Source: Antedon mediterranea
Lineage: Eukaryota > Animalia > Echinodermata
Direction of reading: 5' to 3'
NCBI RefSeq assembly: GCF_964355755.1
Contig: NC_092680.1
Location: 1,798,001 to 1,862,000, forward strand
Length of the DNA stretch: 64,000 nt
Shown: piece after piece, positions 34,851 to 47,700 of the stretch
How the letters are laid out: every line of letters starts with the position of its first letter
How positions within the stretch are numbered: position 1 is the first letter of the stretch
The notes under the pieces: generated by a model
Databases searched by the model: none
What the model saw: only the letters and a program-made list of their open reading frames with translations
Told to the model about the DNA's origin: nothing
Made by a program: the position numbers and the translations under genes

Positions 34851-37800
34851 TCAGTATATTTCTTCATTTTCATCATCATCACTTGGGTATTCGTCCGTGT
34901 CCTCTTCTTCAGGCGACATGTACTCGTGTCTGTTTGGCATTCCTGGCTCTTTTGATAGCACAACATGAACGTTAGAACCGTTATAATACGTAGGTATACG
35001 ATCGTAAGTAGAGAAACAAAGCGTGCGGTTACTACGTGCTTGTAAGACGCCGAAAATGGCGAAGAAAACTACGATGACACATAAACAGGATAGGATGATA
35101 ACAGTCACATGACCACTGGTAGTTGATTTTCTATTGTTATTATTATTGTCTGGTTCATTTTTGGATAAATCCTCGGATGGTGGACCTGGTCTGCAGTGAT
35201 CTGAAAGCAGGTAACATTGTTATTTAATGTGTATCACAAAAATCATCATCATCACAGTTAACATGCAAGATAATTTCAAATTGAAAACTTCAAAGCCACC
35301 AGAATATTAAGTGAGAAATAAAGAGAAATAAACCGGTCCGGTTTTTTCTGCAAGGAAAGGGAACTATCTCTGTTCAAGCCACAGGGTTATCAAAGGCTTT
35401 TTACCATACTGGTGGCTACGGCCCTGATATTTACATTGGGAAGTTGTAAGGTCGAGGGTTCAATCCTCACCTAGTGCCAGGGTTGTAACTCATGACTCTT
35501 TCCACTCCCTAATTGGCAAGTCTGTGCTAGCAGTTGGATTTGTATGAAATTAAAAAAAAAATATATAAAAAAAAAAAAAGAATTTGGTATATTTTCTAAT
35601 ATAAAGTTGATCAATCAATTATCAAATAATAATCAATACCTTTTTTATTGCATTCACAGCATTTTCCTATTTCGGTTGGTTTGCCTTCTTCACAGCAAGG
35701 TACACAGTAGTGGTGATCCTGGTCTATGTGGTGTATGTTCTTTCCCTTTGCACATGTTATACATTGATTTGGTTCAGATCCGTAACACTCAGCACAAGGC
35801 TCTTTACAATCGTTACAAGAACTATTTGTTGGATTGATTGCCTGAACAAGTAAAAGATATAAAATATTAAAAACTATTCATTGACCAACTACAAAAGTAA
35901 CACAGTAAATTCAGTTAAAATTCCATGTTATTAAGCTCTGTCTACACTATCAAACTTTATGTGACCAAAAAATGATATGTCCATGTATGGATATGATGTT
36001 GTCATATCACTAGTACCATATTTGGGCACATCGCATTTTGTTGTCAAACTAGTTTGATAGTGTAAAAACAATTTTGTTGTAAAGCTCTGTCTACACTATC
36101 AAACTACTTTGACAAAAAAAAGTGTGATGTGCCTAAATATGGAGGTGATATGCCCAAATATGGTAGTGATATGACATCATTGTGTCCATAAATAATAAAT
36201 TAAATATTACTAATTACATTAAAGTATGTCATTGATATGCATTTTGGATAGCAAACACCATTATCAAGTATGTGTCCTGGATGGCACCCATCACAATCAA
36301 AAACACCTCCACCTGAAAGAAGAAAATCAACAGTTAACATATGATTAATGGAAAAATACCAAATCTTTGGAAAAAATCCAAAAATTATCCCTAAACCAAA
36401 ATTGTCTTACGATTCACAAACTCACAATCTTTCATATTATAAATATTAATAATCTTTATTGAAATAAAAACTATAAAATTATTCTACTGCAATTTTTTAA
36501 CTGAATTAACAATATTTTGTTTGCTATGTTTATGCAACTATTTAGTAAGCTTTCTTTGTGGCAATCAAAGGGCATGTTTATACAAAACACTATTACATGC
36601 ATATTCAAAAGTATACAAACATTAAGTGTGTTGTATAACATAAAAAAGATATTTTGGGTAATGAGATTTCAATTACGAAAAGGGCTACTTTGCTGAATTC
36701 TAAAATTATGTGGATTCCTGGTAGATGGAAGTGTCCCCGGTGTATTGTTTAGATCTCTTTGCGTTTCCATTTTTAAGTGTACACCATATTTTCTGATAGT
36801 GACAGTGAACACAACAATCAATAGGCAAAAAACGTACAGTAGTTGCTGCAGTAACTGAGGTAGAATAATCTTTAAATGATGCGTTACCTTCAGTACAATT
36901 CAAGCATGAAGAATGGCAATGCCAGCATTCATTTCCGTATGGTGTTCTCAGACAGTAGTGATGTTCAGGCTTATCTTCTAAGCATCGTCCTTCAACTAAG
37001 TATTTATTATCCTTACACGTCACACAGTTGTCGGCAGATGGTCCGTTACAGCTCTCACACCCTGCATTGCAAGGTTTGCACATCTTTGATTGGATATCTT
37101 CATAAAAACTGAACAAAATAATTATATATATTATAAATATTAAATTACATATTATTAGATTACACATACGACTCTCCCAAAGAGGATCTTGAAGAATGGC
37201 TTAACAGAAATGTAAAAAGATCAAGAGGAAGAGCAAAATCAACATGGATCATGAAAGTTTAAAAGGAAATAAAAAATTATAGACAAAATGCAAAACTATC
37301 CTGTCCATGATAGATAAAAATGTCAAAAAAAGTCATTAAAAGTTGACTATAACTCGTTATTTATTGACAGTAGCAACATAATTATAAATAACAGGTAGGC
37401 TTACTAAGTTCCACAGTTGACGACACATTTATTGCCTTTGAGAAACAAGTTATTTTTACATGTGGTGCAATCATTATTTTCAGGACCAAAGCAGGTTAAA
37501 CAGCTGACACTGCATGTACGACACTCATTAGTACTGCTTACATACTGGCTATCATCTTCAGTGGCAAGGTAGTGGAAGTATCCTCTTTCAACTGGACATG
37601 TTGTCACGCAGGTGTCAACTATATATAAAAATTGGGTATGAATGATAATGGCTTGCCTCACCCTTTGTCTGAGTTAGTTTTATATTACCATATATCAAAC
37701 TTATTTACTGTTTTAGTGCACACTCTGGTTAACTGGGTATATTTATTTAAAGCTGTCTACACTAACTACTATGATGGATCCATATATGGACATGATGATG

Positions 37801-38708
37801 TCATATCACTACAATATTTAAGCACATCACTACCATATTTGGGCACATCACACTTTATTTGTCAAACTAGTTTGATAGTGTAGACAGAGCTTTAGAATAG
37901 TTGGTTTAACTATGCACACAAATTTGTACATTTGAAAACCACCCAGAGTGGGGTAGGGGAATTACCCACTCTGGGGTAGGGGAATTACCCACTCTGGGAT
38001 AGGGGCATTACCAACTCTGGGGTAGGGGAATTACCCACTCTTGGGTATGGGCATTACCCACTCTGGGGTAAGAAAATTACCCATTCTGGGGGAATTCAAT
38101 ATGAAAATGTTTTTTGTTTAACTTACCAAGAAGATACGTTTCTCTTGGGCATCCTAAACAGTTGTTTTCGCCATCTCCATAGCATGTTTTACAGTTTTCG
38201 TGACAGTCAACACAGTCCTTGTCTTTGTTGAAGTAGAATCCTGGTGGACACTCATTTTCACATGAATCATAAAAGCCCAAGTACATGCCGCTGGCGCAAC
38301 TATCGCAGCTATTTTGAGATGGTCCTTTGCAGGTTTTACAAGTAGAGTGACATTCTGAAAAGATTGTTGAGATTGTTGTTTTAAATAAAATAAATACAAG
38401 TATTATTTTCAAAAAGACTGTTATCTTTAATAACAAATGTAGAAAGAGAAAGTTGAATACTATCTATTGCAAAAATTAAAATCAAACAAGTTAAAACTGC
38501 TTCAAATTTATTAACACGACTTGTTTCAGACATAGCCTATCATCAGGTGCAGAGAATTGTAACAAAGGATATACATATATCAGTCACAGAATTACATAAT
38601 AAAACAAATCAGCCATAAAAATTAGTTGTATCTAACTCTTAAAACGTAACCTAGGCCTCCTAATAATCTCTTATTATGCTACAATATCTCACATGAGATG
38701 AAGATGGC

Positions 38709-38744
<36 letters not shown>

Positions 38745-41700
38745 TATAATAAAATGTCTATTAATATTTGTACTTTTTAATCTTTCTCGTTGTTTCTATT
38801 GTTGTAATTTTGTATTTCTTTCTGTTGGATGATTATGATTATGATTATGATTATGATTATGATTATGTTTTACTTTGGAGACCAACTTGATAGTTTGATT
38901 TAGTTGCTTTTGGGAATCCTGTCTCTCTCTATTGTTTTTTTTATTTTTTTTATCCGAGACAAAATAAATGAAATGAAAAAAAAAAAATAAAGATGATGTT
39001 TAACATTACTAGAAATAAAACTGTACGTTTGCCTTACCTCCGCATTTATCATTATCTTTATATGTTCCATCTGAACATTCTGACACACACTTTCCATTTT
39101 CAAGTAGAAACTCATTTTGGCACAAGAGACAATCAAAATCTCTGGCACCTAAACAGGTTCTACATGACGCATCGCAATCTTGACAAGCAACGCCATCAAA
39201 AAACTGGTTTTCTCTACAATCAACTGTGAAATTCATGCAGCCTCCAAAGTATATTGTATATCCCTCATTACATTCTAAAAAAACAAAAGTAAAATCATCA
39301 ATTAGTGGTTATAATGATTGTCTACTAATCTCAGGATTTGGGGTTCAAATCCAAATTTATTCTTTATGCAGAATACATTATATGGATGTCTTTTCTGGAT
39401 TACCATTTATTACAACAGTGCGTACTTATAACAAATGGTTAAAATAAATGCTTTAAACTTGGTTCCCACTAGCGACAAAACGTAATGTACCCCACGTAGC
39501 GTAACAAAATGCCCTTCCAATAATTGTGTTTGTCTCGCCTGCATGAAATTAAACCTGCTTGTTGCGCATCAACATTAATATGCCGTGGACTTGTTGTTGG
39601 TTTCCCACTTGTGATTACGCAATACTGCACGTTGCATCGATACATCGCTGCGTTGCGTTTTAGTGGGAACCACACTACATAACGTTACAACTTACTTGTG
39701 CAATAACCACCAGTACACTCATCACAAAATGGAGGACAGATGTACTTATCTTGCTGCGCTTGGCTTACAACACAGTGTCCTGATTTACCATCATAACCAC
39801 TTTACAGTTTAAAATAAATAAAGAAATATTTTAAGATAATAATATTTGATATACAGTTGACTCTCTCAATATCGGGCTTCCTGAAAATTGGAAAATCTCT
39901 TAAAACCAGACTTTTCGTGAGATCTAAAAGTTCTTAAATTACCATTAAAAACACAATGAGAATTCTAGAAATTCTGGAAAACCAGACACATATTAGGCCA
40001 GCTTAAGGGTATCAGGTATTGTGACTGTATACTTACAATATATTAACATAATTTATAAAATATTATAGTTGTAATAACTTCATTATTTTTTTAATAAGTT
40101 TAGTGTGCAACATTACTTAGAATGTCAGTGTTATTTTAAAAAAAAGCCTGTCAAATTTAATTTGGCTTTAGCTTTGTTTAAATAATCGTTTAATCTATTA
40201 TAACTGATCATTAATTTTGGCCTTACAGGTAAAATAAAGATTATTTCCGAATGGGTTTTATATAAACACATGTTTACACTTACATAGGGCAGTCTCCAAG
40301 GCAGCGACCTTTGTGTAGAAATTTCCCAGAATCACACCTCGTACAGTTGAGGTATTCCCCCATGCAATCAAGGCATTCTATTGAGCACTGTCTACAGTTA
40401 AGTTCCTCACTATTGTCATATTCATAGTATCCCACAGGGCACTGTGAATAGCAGTACCGTCCCATGTGCAAGTAAAAACCTAGAAAAAATAAAACACATC
40501 CAAGACTAAGTATTTGTTTACTGCATGTCATGGGTGATTTGTAAAACACATCCAAGACTAAGTATTTGTTTACTGCATGTCATGGGTGATTTGTAAAACA
40601 CATCCAAGACTAAGTATTTGTTTACTGCATGTCATGGGTGATTTGTACAACACATCCAAGACTAAGTATTTGTTTACTGCATGTCATGGGTGATTTGTAA
40701 AACACATCCAAGACTAACGCCCGTATTCTTAAACCGGACTTTAGTCGTAGTTCGAGCTAAAACTAAAAAAATGACGTCATTTTAATTCATAAACCGAACT
40801 TCAACTAAATCACCGACTAAATCAGGCCAACCTCGACTAAATCGAGACGGATTTTGATCGATTTTTTTAGTCCTGGAGGGGGCAGACTAAATGGTCGACT
40901 AAATGGTTTTTAAACGATGTTTATAAAAAACGTAACAGTCATTGAGTTGTTATATTGGCCAGATATTGAAGAATGAAATATCTATATTTATATTAGCTTA
41001 ATTAAATATACATTGGTATAAATTATAATAATGAAAATCATCTTTATTTACAACTGTATACAAATTACATTATTTTCTTCGCGCAAGTCCGACTTGAGCT
41101 ACGTCACGCCATAGCGACAATGGGAGATGCGGCAATTCACCACGCGATGGAATGTTTAGGGGGCCTAGCGCTTTCTTGTCACGCTATGAAGTGCGTGGTT
41201 CGTGGCGATCATACTTTGTTGGGGTCCTAGAAAATATAAAAGTTACCGTACCGCCATGGTTCCTAAATATATTTTTAAGATTTTATTTGTTGTTAATCAA
41301 ATATACTTCACTGTTAAATTAATACTGATATTGTTCTAATAATTAACGATTAAAATTATTTTTCATGTATATAGTCCTGATGCGTAAAAAGTGTTGTAAG
41401 AAATGGAAAGTGATATCAATGCGCAAAATTTCGTCTGCTCCTCAAATACTCTCTTGTCATTGGCCAATGTATAGCCTTTGTTACCCAGACGTGTGCAACT
41501 CGACTAAAAGCTCGACTTCATTAAGTCGAACTGCAAACTTCGACTACTTCGTTTTTGAATCGAATTTGAAGTAATAGTTCGAACTACGACTTTTCCAAGT
41601 CGAACTTCGAACTACGACTAAAGTCCGGTTTAAGAATACGGGCGTGAGTATTTGTTTACTGCATGTCATGGGTGATTTGTACAACACATCCAAGACTAAG

Positions 41701-44700
41701 TATTTGTTTACTGCATGTCATGGGTGATTTGTAAAACACATCCAAGACTAAGTATTTGTTTACTGCATGTCATGGGTGATTTGTAAAACACATCCAAGAC
41801 TAAGTATTTGTGTACTGCATGTCATGGGTGATTTGTAAAACACATCCAAGACTAAGTATTTGTTTACTGCATGTCATGGGTGATTTGTACTACAGAATAG
41901 AACGATATACATTATAAAATGACCTCTCCTTATCAATGCTTAGTTAGTATGTTAGCCAACTTTATACAGTACTTTATTTTCCATAACCCTAACCCATTTA
42001 TAATTTGAGGTGACTGTATGAAAATCTCAGGGCTTGACGTTTGAAATTTTAACTTAACTAGACCACTGGGCTAGTTCATGGTAAGTTTTACTAATCCACT
42101 CAATGTTTCACAAGCCCATTCATTTGCAAATTGTGTCTACCTTGTATCTTTTTGGGCAAGGTCCCAATTTTGGCGCCCTAAGCTAGGCACCTGTGCATAT
42201 AGTAAGTTGACTAGAAGTGTTTTTTAAACTAAACATTGTATGCTGGAGTAGCGAAATATCGAGCCCTGAACCTTTACAAATACTGGGGAAAATTTTTTTA
42301 TATTAGAACAGCCAATTGCTACTACCCATTATATCTAAACTATACAGGTTCATTCCCTCATAAAGTTTAAATATTCTATTACCTTCTTTGCAAGTGAGAC
42401 ACTCTGACGATTCATAACTGGCACAAGTCAGACAAGTCGGGAAACAAGGTTTGCACACGTTGTCTTGAAAATCAGGGTAATATGTGTCATTGCAATGACT
42501 CACACATTTACCATTAGGCATCAAGAAAGTGGAGTAGCTACAGGCAAGGCAATCGGCTGATGTCGGCCCAGAACAACTTTCACAGGATGGCTCACAGTCT
42601 TTACAAATAGAATCTACAAAGTACAGTTAGACATTAAATGAATAGCATAGAAATAAGGGGACGCTACCCATGATGCAATCCGAATACTCACCCGTATTGA
42701 AATACTGTCCAGCACCGCAACTTGACTGACACACACCATTCTCGTCTTTTGAGAAATTCTTTTTACACTTTTCACAATCAGTGGCATCGGGTCCATTGCA
42801 ACCACTACACGTTGGATAACAAGGAACACACTCGTTGGTTTGTTCATCCGCAAACGATTCACTACCACATTCGTTTTTCTCAACACATAGATGCTTTAAT
42901 ACTCCGTTTCCATCCGCTTCAGCTGAGCAAAAAAAAATTACAACAACTGTTAAATTATGATTGATACTTCTTTAAATTACATTTATTTAACACATCCATT
43001 AATGATGCAAAAGTCTTCCTGTGATGTACTAGTACACCAGGGTAACCTAATCCACATCCATTAATGATGCAAAAGTCTTCCTGTGATGTACTAGTACACC
43101 AGGGTAACCTAATCCTCTCGAAAGATGTACTAGGTTCTTTAAAGTCCACATGAACTAGATGTGTACACCGGACATACAGTTCATAATCTTTTTCCGAGAA
43201 GACTACCACCAGAACCATGGAGCGAGTTAGCCTTGAACCCTTGCTGATGTTATAAATACGTAATTACGTTTCCACTGTCTTGACCGCTTGGCCACTCGCT
43301 CGCTATAATATCACTATATGTAGCATCTAAAATTTAGTTAAAAATATCTTTACCAAAAAGGAATCTTCCATCTGCACACATAAGGCAATCATCAGCCTGA
43401 GGTCCAGTACACTTAGCACATCTATCATAACATGGGGAGCATTCCCATTGGTTGTTTTCTCGATTTGGGTATGTTCTATCATACCAAATACAATCTGGTG
43501 AACATGTACTCTCTGGTGTTAGGTAATAGGATGGGATACAGGTAGTGCATTCGTGATGGCTTATCCCTGAACAAGTCTGGCATGACGGATGACATGCTCC
43601 ACAAATTTTGATTTCATCTAATTTAGTGAATTTCTCCGGGCATTCTTTTACGCATTTACGGTTGTAATAATAGAAACCAGCTTTGCATGTATCACACTGA
43701 AAATCTAGAATATGGAAAAATAATTATTGAAAATTAAAATTTAATTTCAATGCAGATACAATAAGTAGAAAGCTAAATCAAGTAAAGTAAACTGTTTATT
43801 TTTTTTTATTTTAGTGAAATCCTTATTTTGGTTTATTTTTTTCTACAAAAATGAATAACTTTATTAAAACCACAGAATTGACTATTCAAAGTTTGCTTTT
43901 ATGTAATCTTCATTTTTTATGTTTTTGGAGGAAAATACATCTTAAAAGTGGAGATTGAAGTATTATGTGTACCTGTACATATACAGTTGTCTGGACATTC
44001 AAATGAATCTTCAGTACATCTATTTGAATTTGAATCATACTTTAAACCATCCATACATTTGGTACAGTCCGTAACGCTAGGCCCATCGCAACTGCTACAT
44101 GTCTCATCACACTTAGAACACTGGGGATAAAGTGGATATTGTGTGTCCTCGAAATATCCAGATGGGCAGGATAATATACATTTGTGCTTGTAAAGAAAAC
44201 GCTTTGCAACTAGAAAAAAATTGTATTTCTTTTTAAGATAAGAAGGAATGAAACAAAAAAGATGAAAATAATAAAAGTGACGAGTAGTGATTGACCAAGC
44301 GGTCAAGACAGTGGAACCGTAATTACGTAGTCCATAACATCGGCAAGGGTTCGAGGCTCACTCACTCCATGATTCTGGTGTTAGAACGAGTCTCCTCGGA
44401 TGTAAACAGTAGGTCCAGTGTACACATCTAGTACATCTTTCGAGACAAGTAAGGGTTACCCTGGTGTACTAGTACACACACAGCCACTGTCACTCAAAGC
44501 CACTATGATCATAACTGTTTTTGACCAGTCTTTGACTGAAGAGATCACACAGTATATTTATATAAAACAATCACAATAGCTTGTTTCAAACCACTCCATA
44601 TAATTTTCAAGCAAGCAGGTGCGAATATTTCTCTCTTTGTTTTTTTAACTCTCACATATTTTCAACTTATACTGTTTGATTGCATATCAATTTCAGCATT

Positions 44701-47700
44701 ATCGGTTACCTTGGTTGCATTGGATGCAATCGTGTGGATCCCCTCCAGTACATTCCTTACATGTTGAATGGCAACTGTAGCATGCACGGTCCATCTCATA
44801 CATTCCATGTGGGCACCCTTCTTGACAACCGTTTTCAGTCAAAACCCTGCCATAATTATAACAATGGATATCGTAACAATACAGTCGCCTCAATCAAGAT
44901 GACCTATATTGGGCCGATTTATTCTCAATGTAGCGTGATTGAAAATTACTATTTCTCAACTTTATGTACTTAAAACAAAGATCAAATTGGAAGCCTACTG
45001 TCACTTGTGTTTTTGTCAAAATCTAACTTTACTTTTGGAAAAGAAAACCAGTTTTCTTACCAGCCATCAACACACTCCATGCAGGCCGTACTATTAACAC
45101 AAGTTTTGCATTTATAAGCACAATTTGCACAGTTACCTTCCTCATTTACATATTGCCCTAGGAAGAAAAAAACATGTTATTAAAATAAATATACAAGGGT
45201 TGGTGTATAGTACCATGTATTCTGGTTGCTTACTTTATTATTGATGTCATTCAGATATTTAAAAAAAATATATTTTCAGCATAGAATAAAGATTATAAAT
45301 GTCAGCAAGACAAAATCGCATGGTTCATCAAATAGGCATAAAAACATTTCACATAAATTAGTGTTTTACAATTCTTGGAAACTGTTGAATCGTTTATCAC
45401 TTTAATATTAATAAAACTGTACACTGGTAAATGCTAAATTACTAGTTACAATAACATGACGGTACATAAAGAAAATTCTATTCATGCAAACGGATATCTA
45501 AAAATTGTGGATGGTGGTTCAAATATAAAATATGATCATGTGATCAGATATCGTCCAATCAAATTAACTGTACAAGAATTTACTAACTTAGGTACACTTA
45601 CTATCGCCGCATGAAGCTAGGCAATGTTTATCAACCAAGATGTACGGCTCTGAACACATGGTACAGTCATGGTCCTCTGGTCCATCACATTCAGAGCATG
45701 TTGGGTGACAACTGAGATTATAACAAACGTTTAATTAGATGAATGATTGGTCAGACACTTTGCCCTACTCTGACATTAATTGTTACTTTATATATGGTAC
45801 ATTTGAGAACACGGAAAAGAGTCTCTTGTGTGACTATCAAACTCGTAACCATCAGATCAATAGGGCGTTCATAAATAAACTATAAAATGGTTAATTAAAT
45901 AGGAATGTTTATTCTTATAAATCGCAAAAATGGTACTTTTTAAACATTTTATACAAACCTTATACACTCATCATTGTCATTGATAAAAAGCTTATTTGAG
46001 CATTTAGTGCGTTGAACACAAGTTCCATTCTTAATTGTAAAGCCAGCGTTGCACGTGGTACAATGTTTGTTGTGGGGCCCATTGCACGTAGCGCATGGAT
46101 CTTCACAAACACGGCACATTCCATCATCCGAGATGTACTCATTATTGTCGCACTCCTCAACACATCTACTTTGCGAGTTTAGATATCTTCCAAGAGGGCA
46201 TGCAGTGCAGAAGTCTTTGTAGTTGGAACAAGTATAGCAAGATGCTTCACAGAACCTGCATATCCCTTTATCATCTATATAATAATAGAAAAATTTATTA
46301 TATATTGGATCCCTGAAAAGATCAAGACTTAACTGGTGCTAACTTACACACTGATCCCCAGTTAGCGGAATATGAATATGGTGTACTCCGGTTTGGATGC
46401 TAGCTTGGTGTTTTTGTCTTTTTGTTCTCTTCCTTTTGTTTTCCACTCTTTCTCTTTATTGTCAGCGCATAGAGACATTGTTTATTTGCACTATATAAAT
46501 CTATCTATTATCATTATATACAAAACAGTGCTGCTATATAACTAGATTTAATGTTTTACTGTCCTAGCCCTAACATTTAATCTAGCACATTATTCAAAAT
46601 TTAAAAGACATTTAATACCTGTTTACTAAGCAAATTTATTCGTACAAAATGTCTCCTTGAAATTTTAAGAAGCAGCTGTGCATGCTTGAGTAAGCTCTGT
46701 CTAAACTATCAAACTTTATGTGACAATAAAAATGTGATGTGCCCATATATGGACATGATGATGTCATATTACTACCACTTTTGGGCACATCACTACCACA
46801 TTTGGGCACATCACTACAATGTTTGGGCACATCACTACAATATTTGGGCACATCACTACAATATTTGGGCACATCACTACAATATTTGGGCACATCACTA
46901 CAATATTTGGGCACATCACTACAATATTTGGGCACATCACTACAATATTTGGGCACATCACTACAATATTTGGGCACATCACTACCACATTTGGGCACAT
47001 CACTACCACATTTGGGCACATCACTACAATATTTGGGCACATCACTACCACATTTGGGCACATCACTACAATATTTGGGCACATCACTACAATATTTGGG
47101 CACATCACTACCACATTTGGGCACATCACTACAATATTTGGGCACATCACTACCACATTTGGGCACATCACTACAATATTTGGGCACATCACTACAATAT
47201 TTGGGCACATCACTACAATATTTGGGCACATCACTACCACATTTGGGCACATCACTACCATATTTGGGCACATCACTACAATATTTGGGCACATCACTAC
47301 AATATTTGGGCACATCACTACAATATTTGGGCACATCACTACCACATTTGGGCACATCACTACAACATTTGGGCACATCACTACAACATTTGGGCACATC
47401 ACTACAATATTTGGGCACATCACTACAATATTTGGGCACATCACTACAATATTTGGGCACATCACTACAATATTTGGGCACATCACTACAATATTTGGGC
47501 ACATCACTACAATATTTGGGCACATCACTACAATATTTGGGCACATCACTACCACATTTGGGCATATCACTACAATATTTGGGCACATCACTACAATATT
47601 TGGGCACATCACTACAACATTTGGGCACATCACTACCATATTTGGGCACATCACTACAATATTTGGGCACATCACTACCATATTTGGGCACATCACTACA

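Noticed and set aside
46312-46515. LINE/SINE 3'-tail-like fragments (also ~27820-27870 and ~54085-54135)
   Set aside because: Too short and degenerate to define boundaries or family by eye.
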